Source: Eukaryota sp. GEM-RC1 (taxonomy: Eukaryota). Taken from it: DNA of 64,000 nt. Of the stretch, positions 38,031 to 50,291 are shown in pieces (positions within the stretch are counted from its first letter, which is position 1; each line of letters begins with the position of its first letter). The notes below the pieces were generated by a model that was not told the origin of the DNA, ran no database searches, and saw only the letters and a list, made by a program, of their open reading frames with translations. Made by a program: the position numbers and the translations under genes. The stretch is from NCBI GenBank assembly GCA_040285855.1, contig JAUFOQ010000001.1, positions 2,976,001 through 3,040,000 of the forward strand, read 5' to 3'.

Positions 38031-38957
38031 TTAACATATTTTGACAGTCCTACATTTCTTGAACTTTCCCTCTTCAAATGCACCAAAAGACAAACATCCA
38101 TCATCTGATGACATGTAGAATCCACCAGCCGCTGAAGAATAACAGCAATACCTTATAGAATCTTCAAACACTGGTATGCTAATAGAGTTTGCCAAGTTTG
38201 AGAGAGAACTAATAGTTAAAACTCCAGAATGATTACCAGAAAACAACACTAGTTCAGTATTTAAGGGAAAAACATACAAAAGATAGTCAACATTCAACTG
38301 TTCTCGTAGCTTATCTAAACTAAAAACAGGTTCAAACGGAGTTTCATTAGAAGATGACCAAACACGTAAGGTTTCCGTACACGTGATTCCCCAGGCTATA
38401 CCCGGGAACATTTCACAACGAGAAACAGATGAATCTGCATTGAACACGTTGATTATGCAATCATCCTCATCTTCTAGAGAAAAGTCAAAGAGAGTGATCA
38501 AGTTATCTAAAGATCCTGAGAGAATGAGATTTTCCCCGATAAAGGACAATGATACAACAGTGTCTGTGTGAATAAAGTCAAACTCCTTAATAACGGGTTT
38601 GCCATCAAGGAAATTGACCAAATAGATCATGCCGATTGAAGAACCAACAGCAAACATGTGTGATGTGGGGTGAAAGGCAATGCATGACAGAAGAGCGCCC
38701 GGAGAGATCCGTATCTTAGAAACAGGTTCAGGTGAGGATTTGAGATCATAAATGAAAACAAAAGGAGAGTCTTCAGAAACAGCAGCTAGTATATGAGGTT
38801 CGACTTTAGAGAAGGCTACAGCAGACACTTGACCATTGGGAAAACCTGGAAGTGTAACAAGAGGTCGTAACGATAGATCAGTAACAATTATACAGTTGTC
38901 TGAAGACACAGCAGCGATGTACTCAGGGGAAGAATCTATGTGTATTATAGAAGCCAT
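38031..38957 (-). CDS. WD40-repeat protein (WDR89-like)
   Basis: FIYDL and HTDTVVSLSF...ILSGSLDNLITLFD...EDD. Confidence 0.85.
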   Translation of the reverse strand: MASIIHIDSSPEYIAAVSSDNCIIVTDLSLRPLVTLPGFPNGQVSAVAFSKVEPHILAAVSEDSPFVFIYDLKSSPEPVSKIRISPGALLSCIAFHPTSHMFAVGSSIGMIYLVNFLDGKPVIKEFDFIHTDTVVSLSFIGENLILSGSLDNLITLFDFSLEDEDDCIINVFNADSSVSRCEMFPGIAWGITCTETLRVWSSSNETPFEPVFSLDKLREQLNVDYLLYVFPLNTELVLFSGNHSGVLTISSLSNLANSISIPVFEDSIRYCCYSSAAGGFYMSSDDGCLSFGAFEEGKFKKCRTVKIC

Positions 38958-39091
38958 ATGGAAGAATTGCAGGGAGAAAAAAAAGACACAGTATTTATCA
39001 ATAACATTCATCTTCCGACAGGAAAACAACAAAAAAGCACATTGAAAGGTAGCATCAATAAAAGAACATCATCTTAAAGAATAAAAACTAA

Positions 39092-39426
39092 CTACACCAC
39101 AACAGAGCGATGAAACATAAGAGAGTAAGTAATAGTCCAAGAAAGAACAAAAGAGCAAATCCTGTCAGTAGACCTTCTTGTAACAGTTTGAATCGGCCGC
39201 CGTGTTCCTCTTCGTCTATCAGGAGATAATGATTGCAGTAAAAGAAGACTGCAAAAATGTTGAGGGAAAAGAAACCAATAATGCCTGTAGCACCAGTCAG
39301 TGGAATGAGTCCGAAGGCAAAACCCAGAAGAAGGGAAAAGATTTGTCGAAACCAATAGATGACTTGACATATGTCATTGGTAGAACGGGAAAGGTTTCGA
39401 TCTAGAGCTAATGCCAGAATGTTCAT
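39092..39426 (-). CDS. RAB5IF: Rab5-interacting/OPTI (C20orf24) family membrane protein, -1 frameshift near 39148-39153
   Basis: VIYWFRQI...G...GLIPLTG...IDEEEHGG...EG; the expected FVLSWTITY ending is in the -1 frame. Confidence 0.88.
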
Positions 39427-40459
39427 GTAAAAACAAAGTAAAAATGAAGAAAAGTCTACTCAAATTTGTTGAGCCAAAAAGTTCTTGCTCATGATCACTC
39501 ATCACAGTAGTCCAAATACTAATGACAAGTCCATTAAGAGTGGAGTTACTTGGAAGTCGTGGTTAAAGAAATCAACAACAACAACAACAATATTAAAAGT
39601 AATTTGTTGTCAACAATTTTGGAAAATAGCCAGATTATTTTGGAGTTTTAGTTTTTGATGTAAGTAAGCCAAAAATAACAGTTCAATCATTTTTTGTTGA
39701 CTTTCAGAAATTGGTTTATTTTGACAGATGAGGTGATTGTTTTCGTTGGTTAACATGCAAAACACATAAATTAGACCATGTTTTCATACACTCTGGTTTA
39801 CATTTTGTGATTGAATGCTGTTTATAAATGTTCCTTTGACCGTTACTTTAGTATTATACAGCAGTGCGTACTGAAATGAAGTTACCACATCCAGCGAAAT
39901 CTGTACCAAATATGACCATGTATTTTAAATAAGATAGAATCTGCTTTGTAGCCCATGTCCGTTATTAATTGTTTAAAGATTGAAATCAATGTCGGTTACT
40001 AATAGGTCAAAGGTGAGGTCAATTCATAAGGGTCATTTATAGATACTCTAAAAACCGTTGACGGTCCATAACGTACCTAGTATGATGGTTTCAGATCACA
40101 CACTTACCAACAACCTCAATAAGAATCTTCCAATTGCGTGATGAGGAAGTAGTTCCATTTGAATCAAAGCTGTGTTAATACTAGAAAACGTTAAACATAC
40201 AAGATTTTTCGTAAACATGATCATTAAGTGTTTCAACAGGGGCAGTGCTGTAAGGAAGCAAAAAGAGGGACCATCTGAACTACTCCAAAGGACTTAAGAT
40301 CATTGGCAGAACAACTCGACAAGATTCCACCTAGTAGCTCATATACCTAACAAACAGATTTCTCAAAGTGATGAGAATACATTCAGAGGAAACCTGACTA
40401 ACAAATCTCCAATGAAAGTCATTCATTTGCTTTTCCTCTTCTGGTGAATACTCAATCTA

Positions 40460-41583
40460 ATGTCACAGCCACCTGCTGACCTAACAGCCAGTGTATTCAC
40501 ACTGGAGGAAGTTCTTGTGTGCTGTCACGTCCAACACATCCGAAACTCCGCCTCCATCCTCACCGCTTTTCTTTGTAGGCTGATTCCAACTCAAAACCCC
40601 TCATTAGAAATCGGGTTCAATCTTCTCTCTGATACTCGCTTCGTCCTTTATGAACCAGGAACCTCCATTGACACTGTACAACTCACCAGACCTTGTATGA
40701 TGCTAATGAAGTACTGTCTCTCCTTCATCCCCTCTCTGTCTTGCCTTACTGTGTCCTCATGTCCTCAAGTATCTACCTTCTTCATTGACGGTCTTTCCTC
40801 AGATACTCTTGAAGTCCTACGCAGATTCAAGCTCATGTACGTCTATCGTAGAGACATTTTCTTCAATTTGGTGAAAGAACGATATAAGAAGAAACTAGAA
40901 GCGCCTCAAACTTCAGTTGAGGAAATTCTGTCTCGAAGATCTGGTAGATCTGGTGTTGTAAAACTATCTGCAAAGAAACCTACCCCTTTTAAAAAGCAGA
41001 TCATCTCATCACGTCAGAATAGCACAATCAATCTGTCTCAAACGGCAGTTGAGAACATGGATTTGTTTAATGATAATCTATCTATTCTTTGTTCGTCCGC
41101 TTTGGATCCATTACCTTTGTTTGCGCCTCTGTTTATGCCTTACTGTTGTACTATGGAATTAAACTTGCTGGTATCTGGACTTTTATCAAAGTTAAATCGG
41201 TTTCAGTTGAGGAAGAGAGAGAAAAGTAAAGCTAATGCTAATTTAAGAAAGCGATTAGTATTAGGATTTAATGAAGTTTTAAAAACTGTGAAGAATGGTC
41301 GGTCGAAGTTGTTGGTTTTAGCTATTGATCTTGAGAATTCAGCAGATGGTGATAATCCAGTTGCTTTACGATTACAGGAACTACTGGATTTGGCTCAATC
41401 AAAGGGATTAATCACGTGTTCTCACTTACTAGGACTCAGATGAGGGCTGCTTTGACTAGGGCAGGTGGAAACGTGGCTGTTGTGTCGGTGATTGATGATG
41501 ATTCAGTACAAGCTGACATCAAGCAAATTTTAGATGTTGTGAATGAGTTGGCTGATGAAGTATTTAAATATTTGCATTATTAA
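40460..41583 (+). CDS. SECISBP2: SECIS-binding protein 2 (SID motif + L7Ae domain), -1 frameshift near 41399-41407
   Basis: KKPTPFKKQI, LLSKLNRFQ...KRLVLGFNEVLK; the -1 frame continues GINHVFSLTRTQMRAAL...VAVVSV to TAA at 41581. Confidence 0.85.
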
Positions 41584-42165
41584 TTTTGCTGTATTTTGAA
41601 TTATTAATGTAATTGATTTAGTTTGGTAGTTTTTTGTGTTCTGTACAGACTTATTTTCTCGTGAGGGACAGTTGTCTTTGCTTTTATTTGTAAATTTCTT
41701 CTTAGGTTGCTTAGATGATAATCTCATTTTTAAGTTAAGATTCCCTTAACTATGATTGACTTTCATCAATAAACGACATAATTTTTGATAGGACTTGTGA
41801 GAATTTGTTGGCTCACTTTCACATTTAAGTGAATGAAAGTGGCTGAACTTCCTGGTTGATAGTTAAATACTTTAAGAATATATCACAAAAGCACTTCATA
41901 CGAAAAACGTTATGTATTTTAGTTGTGTATCTACTGAAGTTGTGTGATATTGTAAGTTGTTGAAATTTATGATTTCTCTATTTTATACCATCACAGAGTA
42001 ATAACCGTCAATTATATTAAGAGCTGTACTTAAACAGTCTTTCCAATCAAATTTTCAATCAAATTTTCAGTTGCTTAGTCTGTAATACAGACGCTGTATG
42101 GGTACTTATAATTTATCTTTTTAGATGAACAACAATTGTTCGGATTTTCGCTTTGGTCTCATCAA

Positions 42166-43944
42166 ATGACTTCTACCCAAATCGCTCCAGCTTCTCTCTG
42201 CATCAAGCTCTTGGAAACTTCCCTGAAACATGATTTCTCTGTAAGCTTTCGAGATCTCCAAATCCCATGCCATTCCGTCGTCCTCGTTCAGTTCTCTGAA
42301 TTCTTCCACAACCTGTTCACTCTGAACTTGTCAGATGACCAGAAGGCCCAAGATTTCTCATCCCTCAATGTCTCCGCCTCTTCTTTCCGCTCCTTCTTCT
42401 CCTATCTCTACGCTCAGCCAGTAGAGATCACTCTTGAGAACCTCTATGAGTTCTACGTGCTTTCTAGATACTTTATGGTTGAAGATCTCAAGACTACTTG
42501 TCTTGAATTGCTGACTACCTTTTCTCACTCTACTGATTCTTTACTTTTTCTAGTTAAACGATCAAATCATTGTCAAGACCAAGAATTCTTAAAGCATTTG
42601 TTACCGTTTTTCAGTTCTGATTTTGAAACCTTACCTGAAAGTTTTCCTCTTTGTTTTGAGTATCTGTTGCTCTTTGGTAAAGAATTTACATTTAAAAATC
42701 AAGCTATTTGGTTATTGAATTGTTTAGTGAAATCTGTTGACATTCAGCAACTTGATGACGAACAGTTTGATTCATTTTTAAATACTCTAAAAGTTGAAAA
42801 TCTTCCTGGTCATGAAATATTTCAATATCTGATTCAACCCGTCATTGAAAATTCAATTTTTGAGGCTTCAATTGTCAATTTTTCAATGAAGTGTTTTTCC
42901 AGTTCTTTCAGTATTTCAAATATTCCATTAAACTGGATTGTAAAAGTGTTAGAAATACTGAATCGTAAAAATTCATCTGAAGTATTTGAAATTATTTCAC
43001 TTATTTCACAATTTCATGATTTCTCTCACCAACAACTTCTTTCTCTCAATCCAAAAGTATTGCTTGAAATGATTAGGAAATCCTCAAATAATAGAGACTT
43101 TTCAATATTTTGCCTCCAAAATCTGATTGAATCCTAGTCATCTGGAAAAGGAAGTTCTTGGCAATCAAACGATGTTAAAGACTGTCTCGAATCAATCAAT
43201 TTGTCGTTATTAACTGGCTCAGAAATACAATCGTTGATTCTTTCTCCTTTGGGAGATGATGACGAGTTGGTTTTAATTATTTCAAAAATTACGAATAAGG
43301 TCATTGTTCCTAGTTTAGTTGATAGTTTTGAACTCCAAAAGGAAGAATGGAAAAATGAAAAAGAGCAACTGCTTTTGAAAAACAAGGAATTAGAAACGGA
43401 TGTCGACACTCTTCGTGCTTTTAAACTGAAAGTAGAAGAAGAAGAAGAGGAAAAAGAAAGAACACGAATTGAAGCTCTTATTGGTACGTTTGATACTTCT
43501 ACTTGTGGTTCTTTCCTTTCCTTATCAAATAACAATACTGTTGTTAAACAGAATGGTCCTAGTATTAATTACAATAATTTTGTAGAAGTTAATCTTTCAG
43601 ACAATTGTTCTGTTAAATTAACAAGGTTAGATGATCTTCATGGAGATGGTAGGACTGACTATATTGGTTGGAAAGATAGAGGTAGACTTCAGTGTGGTTC
43701 TGTACCGAGTCTTTGTATTTGTCCTAGAGGTGACTGTGTTGGTCAAGGTTGTTTCTCCCCTTCAAATCCAAGTTTCCCTACAATTACCAAAGGAGAATCA
43801 ATTACTGTTAGTTTTTCTAAAGGTAAAGCTTACTTCAAACCTTCTACTTGTACAACTACTTTTAGTATTGATATTCCTAGTAATTTGGTATTTGGAATGT
43901 TAGTTTATGGTAAAAATCATGAATGGAAAGTGGACCGTGTTTGA
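42166..43944 (+). CDS. BTB + coiled coil + SPRY-like protein with an in-frame TAG at 43135
   Basis: IPCHSVVLVQFSEFF; the frame stays open after the TAG into 43201..43944. Confidence 0.75.
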
Positions 43945-44571
43945 TTGATTTGTTTTGATTGATTGTTTCTTTGTCTGTGGAGTTTTACTATGTAGTTATA
44001 AATCCTCATTATTTCAGATAGTCTCTCTCAAAATTTTAAATTGTTCCTTTACTTTTGGTTTATGTACAGAGTTGATACAACTACATCGATTTCAATGAAT
44101 TGTTGGAGTTTGTTATACTTGTAAACCTACAACATAAAAGACCAGACTATTACAATAAAAACACATTTACTGAAAACCAAACTGTTTCTGAATAAAAAGT
44201 GTGTTTTAATCATGAAGAACATAACTCCTTTATTATTCTTGCAATATTAAACACTTTTTTAAAAGGGTTTTACAAGGACTGTCTAGAACCAGTTCACTTC
44301 AAGCAGAAATATCAGCCTGAACCTCTTTGAATTGAGCGACGACAATTAAGATTTATCAAGAATTTTTGAGATTGACAAGTTTATTTTAACGACACGAAGT
44401 AACACAACCAGTTTTGCAAAAATTGATAAACATTATAAAATTTATACTAAGAAAAAATATATTCAATCCCTTTTTCGAAAACCAAACAGATTCCATTAAA
44501 TACTAATCATTGTCTTAAACAAATCACTCACCATAAGTCAAGCTACTTGATCCAGTTCCTGCCTGCTTTTC

Positions 44572-45186
44572 CTACAGAATTGAATTCGTACTCAAAACTC
44601 CACGGAACAGCTCCCTTCTTTCAGCTAGGATAGGAACGATACTCGAGACACAACTCTTTAAGTTACTGTGATCGAAATCACGTTCAACTGTCAGATAATG
44701 GACATGAGGATCAGCAGAAGTGATTTGGCCTACAGGATTAAGAGCGATGGTAAGCACGGAGGAAGCAGAAGTCTCAGTTTCAAGGTCAGGGTCTGTGATG
44801 AAGGAAGATGTGGTTACGGCAAGAGTAACAGCAGGTGCAAATGAGTTAAGACAAATGCCTGCCTTCATTAATGACAGATAGCCTACATTGATGAGACTAG
44901 ACAGGAGAGATCCGTCGTTTGAGAAGACGTGAAAGGAGAGATTGATGACAGATCTGGGGTATTTATGAAGATCGATGACACCTGTGAAGAAAGAAACAAG
45001 GCGGGCTTGACATAGAACGTCTTTTTGGTTGGATTGAGTCACTTCAACTGTGACAAAAGCCTTATTCGGAATTTGTGACGAAGATGGGGTATCAGCTGGA
45101 CCATTTACTGAGCATTGAACATCAGTATTACCCAGCTTCAATCGACTAGATGCTGAAGATTGAGTTTGGAGAAGTTCAAGGTGCAT
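44572..45186 (-). CDS. RRP46: exosome RNase PH subunit, Rrp46-like
   Basis: GNTDVQCSVNGP, YPRSVI, NDGSLLSSLIN, AGI and DPDLE. Confidence 0.8.
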   Translation of the reverse strand: MHLELLQTQSSASSRLKLGNTDVQCSVNGPADTPSSSQIPNKAFVTVEVTQSNQKDVLCQARLVSFFTGVIDLHKYPRSVINLSFHVFSNDGSLLSSLINVGYLSLMKAGICLNSFAPAVTLAVTTSSFITDPDLETETSASSVLTIALNPVGQITSADPHVHYLTVERDFDHSNLKSCVSSIVPILAERRELFRGVLSTNSIL

Positions 45187-45214
45187 TTCTTTGGAATTGT
45201 TTTTGTGAATTCAT

Positions 45215-46385
45215 TAGGGCTGTCAATTTCTCCCATTTCTCCCAACTCCCACCCAACTCCCATCTCCCATGACCCTTGGGAGTGGGAGTGGGAGCTTCAG
45301 TAGCAATTTTTGGGAGTGGGAGTGGGAGTGGGAGCTCTCCGTTGGGAGGTGGGAACTCCCAAAATCTCCCATCTCCCATTTACAGACACAACTCTAACTT
45401 CAATTTAAAACAGAAACAAGCTAGCTAGACAAATACAGTTATAATTTTTCTAGAATATTAATAGGACTAGGTGTATTACATTTTTACTGTCTTTGTTTTG
45501 TTTTATTTATTTTCGTTTTATAAAGAGCGTGGTTGTTTATCTGTAAATTTCAACCAATGTCATCGCTTGATTTATCTGAAGATCCTGAAAACTCTGGTCT
45601 GTTTAAACATCCTGATTTTATTGAATTTGTTTCCTCTCTTTCAGTTTCAAAATTCCAAAAAGAACCACGATAAGAAATGATATGTTGAATGTTTATGAGT
45701 CATTTAAAGGATACTTGATAGATAAATTCAAAAATGTGTGTAATTCTTCTAAAGTATCTATTAGGATTGATAGATGGACATCGAATACAAACAAGCATTT
45801 TAATGGGGTAACAGTTCACTGTATTGAAGACTGGAATTTAAACATTTACAATGTACGTCCACGGTTTTAAGCACCTGAAAGAAAACCACACTGTCATCAA
45901 CATTGCCGATGCTGTGGAAGAAATTATTACTGAATTTGGTTTAAAATACAAAATGTGTTGTGTTTCAACAGGTATTCACGACTATCCGCATACATTGTAT
46001 GCTAAGAACTTTATGACAACACAAGCCTCATCAGTTCCAAGTGAACAGTTATTTTCTCAGGCAGGGTGTGTTGTTACGAAGTTACGAGCTTCCTTGAGTA
46101 GTGATTCTATTGAAGTAGTCCTTTGTTTGAAATCATGGTTCAAAGGTCGAGAGATGAGAGAGTTGTTCATGAATCAGAGATAGAGTTAGTGATTGTTATG
46201 TTTATAAAGTAAAGTGTCATTGTACTAGAAGATACAAAAATGGGAGTTGGGTGGGAGTTGGGAGAATTTGTTGGGAGTGGGAGTGGGAGTGGGAGTCTCA
46301 CCTATGACAAGTGGGAGGTGGGAGTGGTAGTGGGAGAACACGTGTTGGGAGTGGGAGAAACTCCCATCTCCCATTAACAGCCCTA
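45215..46385 (+). mobile_element. internally deleted hAT element, 1171 bp
   Basis: TIRs TAGGGCTGT(C/T)AAT; perfect TSD GAATTCAT; GGGAGT arrays; remnants IDRWTS...GVTVH and ASSVPSEQLFSQAG...LCLKSW. Confidence 0.95.
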
Positions 46386-46657
46386 GAATTCATACTAAAG
46401 ACAGTGCTCAAGACTCTTGAGTCAAGAGTGATCGTCATAAATACGGTAACTTTTCTGACGACTCCGTAAATAATTTCCGTATTTACCAGAACGTAATATT
46501 TTATGGCAACAATACTACTTTCATATGGGTAATCACCGTAAATTTAGATTTGGTTTTACACGTATTTAGAACAAGAATTTATATCATACTGTTTGTTTGT
46601 TTGTTTGCAGTAAAACCATAGTCAAAATCATATTTAATTCTGACCATAATCCTACTA

Positions 46658-47729
46658 CAGTCAACACTGTTTATAGCGGGACTATATGTACCTACGCTAT
46701 ATAGAGTTTCACGCTATATAGAATAAACGCACTGTGCAGCTCCATCCTCAACAATAAGTGTTTATTTCAAGCAGATCTAGAAAGAGCAAAGTGTGCACCA
46801 TCCAAATATCCATATCGTGGGCATAACTACATGGGATGGAGAAGGAAGATTGGACACGACCAGAATCTGGGTGGTAAATATTTTGAACGGAATTCAAGAA
46901 ATGATCCAGATACGGAAGTTCCAGTGGAGTAACTTCATTCTGACCCTATTTGGACATGAAAGAGGGAAGAAAAGACATGATCATCTCGCTTAAACCTATG
47001 ATGACACGATTCATCTTCCAAGCAACCTGTTGTATCCCTTGTATCACCCTCCTCTCTGAGTAGATGAGTGATGAATCTCCAGAGATTATGAGAACGGATC
47101 TACCTCTTCCATCACCCCTTCTATTTCCCTATCAATTTGGGTTTGTTCTTTGGCTTCATGGTAGTTCTGTATAGTTTCTTGTTGGTTCTTCCCATAAACA
47201 CGATTCAATAAGGTTGTTTATCATAAATATATCTTCCGTCTACGTCTACGTTATAGCGTTGGTTTAGACCATGTGTTATGCTCTTTTAGGGAACTCTTTT
47301 GGAGAGTATGGAGGGTTGCTAGATAAAAAAGTTCTTGTGGTACGGCAATCAACATCCGACAGGGTTTTGATGGAGGAGTTACATTTGTTAGAAGCTGTAA
47401 CACCAAAGATAATCTGAGATGAGCAAGATGTGAAAGGGATGATGTTGACGAGGCAGCTAAGACGGGGATGTCAGGGGTATCAAAGGAAATATGTCCGGTA
47501 TATGTGAAGTCAAGAAAGAAGGTAATACAACTTCAAGTTGATGATCAAAAGATGTTATCAGAATGAACGCCAGCAATACGACAGTTTATTACCAAAGAGA
47601 ACTACTGATAGAGGCGACAGACAGGATGTCATATGGGAAAAAGGAGAGGAAAATGTCGGACCGTGAAAAGTGCACGCTATATAGAGTTTTACGCTATATA
47701 GAGTTTCACGCTATAGACAGTTTTTACTG
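46658..47729. mobile_element. non-autonomous Tc1/mariner-pogo type element
   Basis: TA flanks; TIRs CAGTCAACACTGTTTATAGCG / CAGTAAAAACTGTCTATAGCG; ACGCTATATAGAG repeats at both ends. Confidence 0.85.
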
Positions 47730-48010
47730 TAGTATTTTCATCTTTTGGAAATAATATAGTACAATGAACTAAATTTTCTTGAGGTTCTGACAAGGAAGAT
47801 TCAAAACATTAATAGTCATTCAAATAGTCAGTTTTGCCACAATACAGAAGATTGGTATATCACTTTCACTTCTGAATTCAAGTTAAAAGGGCTTAGTTGA
47901 CAGTACTTGCACTTGTAGCAGTCAGACGAGATTTTAGAATGGTTCCTGGCAGAATGAGCAGTGCCAAGGAAATTGTGTTTTAATCTTAAAGATCTTCAAT
48001 GGCTTATAAC

Positions 48011-48691
48011 CATACCTGGAAAGTACACTTTTCTGTATTTTCTGTATTTTCTGTATTTAGTGTATTTTTGTATTTGTATTTTATATTTTTCAGTATTAAA
48101 ATACTGTATTTTTTTTAGTAATAGGATTGTGAACTTACTTACCTATTATGGATGTACATGTAGTTCTCTTATCTCCAATTTGTCTTCATGTGATGCACAG
48201 AAGTAAATGAAAACATGATACAAATCAAGATACAAGACGAAGTAGTTGTCGTAGTTTATCAGCAACCATAACAGAAGTCAGATGAGCAAACTACATTAGT
48301 TTACTGGACCACGTCTAGGAATAATTGGAGGAAGAATTGCTCTTTGATTGTGCTTCTCCGAAAACAGGACACAAAATAGGTGCCAAAACCGGACCAACAA
48401 GAAAGAAAAACAGAATTGAGTCTGACTTGGAGTGAGAGACAATTGATCAGTCTCTATTTACTGAAGGAATTATAGTTTAACCTGAGTAAGAAGAAAGTAT
48501 ATAAGAAACACTTATACACACGAATCTAGATACACGTACATGTAGGCGATAATTTAACATCATTGTTGTCGATGTACACTACTATAAATAATACAACATC
48601 CTTGAATTTGTATTTTTCTATTTTAATCTGTATCTGTATTTTTGTATTTTTGTATTTGTATTTTCTTCAACCCTTGCATTTTCCAGGTATA
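48011..48691. mobile_element. hAT-type MITE, 681 bp
   Basis: TIRs (C/T)ATACCTGGAAA; perfect TSD CTTATAAC; TGTATT arrays. Confidence 0.9.
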
Positions 48692-48881
48692 CTTATAACC
48701 ATACAGCCTAGGTTGGATTTATGGTTTTCAGCTCTTTTAAAGGATTCTGCGTGTCTTTGTGGTCGTTTTAATACTTCAAATATTCATCATTTAGTTAACT
48801 ATCATCAATTTATTGATTTGAGAACTATTATTCACAACAGTATCTGGGTTATGTGAAGGACAGGAGGATCATAAATCAGTA

Positions 48882-50130
48882 CACAACTTACAGTAATTAG
48901 TGTAAGTGACACTAATTATTGCCAACATATTTGGAAAAGCATTAGCATAAATTATTGTTACTTACACTAATTCAAGACTTACAGTAATACATGTATATGC
49001 CAACATAAATTAGTGTAAGTAAATGCGACGTTAATTAGTGTAAGTTAGAAAATTTAGACGATACATAAATTCAAATAGGTTTCACACTAATGAACATTAA
49101 TATGAAATAGAAGCTGATGTGCGGCAGCTCGATCAAAGATAACCAGATGATTTTCGACAATTTTACGTAATGGTTCAGATAGCTGCCCAACATGCCAAAC
49201 TCCATTGACAACTTTCGATAGTCCACACCGAATCATTGCCAATATTGGACATGTAAGACTATTAATATTGCGAGCGTTGTTTACCTCTCGAACAGATCTT
49301 CGGGCAAGATCAAAACAATACGTTTTTACTGGGTTTCTGAGGGCTGTAGAGCCAGGTCGCCATATTTCGAATGTGGCACTAATTGTTGCCAAAACTATTT
49401 TCATTAAGTTTTTGCAACAATTAGTGTCACTTACACTAATTAACGCACTTACACTAATTGGTGTTGTTACTCTAATTGGCAGGCTTCACTAAAGTAGTCC
49501 AAAACTCCAAATTAAAGTCAAGTAAAATAATCTTCTTTACTTTAAGCTTTACTTTACTTCAGCTAAAAAGTTACTTTAAGGTCAATAAAGTTTGACCTGA
49601 TCTCAATCCGCTTTTCACAACTTTCTCTCTTCAGTTTTCTTATTCAATTTCCGATCCCATGTACACATGACTTCACTCAACTCCGGACAACGGATACCAG
49701 TAGGTAATGAGTCGAGAGTTATCCAAAACTGAAGAGACATAGCGAATGGTGCATCGGAGATGAACTGGTTTCTGTGTTTAAAGGGGACAATCTCGAACTA
49801 TCAGATACTGATTGATGCATTGAAGTGATCTGAAGTGACCTGACGTTTGAATAATGGATCTTGGTTGAAAAAGTTTCTGCAAGAAACCTCTTTATATCGT
49901 TTTTTGTTTTGCGTTTTTTATTGAGTACCTATGATAGAACATATTGTACTGGTGTAAGAGAGTTATTTACAGTGCTCAGAAAGCGAAATAAACAAGTTTG
50001 AGGTCTGTTACTTTACTTTTGCAAAACTTTAAAGTAAAGTAAAATAAAGTAAAGTAAAGTCACTTTAGCACTTTATCACTTTAGTGAAGCCTGCTAATTG
50101 GTGAACTTACACTAATTACTGTAAGTTGTG
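48882..50130 (-). mobile_element. TA-flanked non-autonomous element (pogo-like) carrying a nested MITE
   Basis: Perfect TIR CACAACTTACAGTAATTAGTGTAAGT with TA flanks. The remnant MIRCGLSKVVNGVWHVGQL recalls C-termini of pogo-like transposases. Confidence 0.85.
49480..50093. mobile_element. nested hAT-type MITE, 614 bp
   Basis: TIRs CAGGCTTCACTAAAGT; perfect TSD CTAATTGG; TAAAG repeats. Confidence 0.93.
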
Positions 50131-50291
50131 TAGTTAGTGTCTTATAATTAATATTATTGCAAAGGCAATCACAATGTATTTCACTGATTGGTCGATTTTT
50201 CAACACAAACTAATGTAATCATTGACTTAGATTATATAACACATCAACTATCAAAATCTTTTCCTGACACTCCTTCCCTAATATAGGATTG

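Noticed and set aside
40130..40400. C/D box snoRNA-like TGATGA...CTGA motifs
   Set aside because: Spacing is unsuitable and no terminal stem or guide sequence is recognisable.
41390..41420. Tiny introns as the explanation for the frameshifts
   Set aside because: Protein homology is continuous across the shifts and there are no suitable GT-AG pairs.
45176..45379. Short ORFs from MITE repeats and antisense or shadow ORFs (e.g. 10156..10398, 51231..51485, 61685..62101)
   Set aside because: By-products of repeats or alternative frames of real genes.
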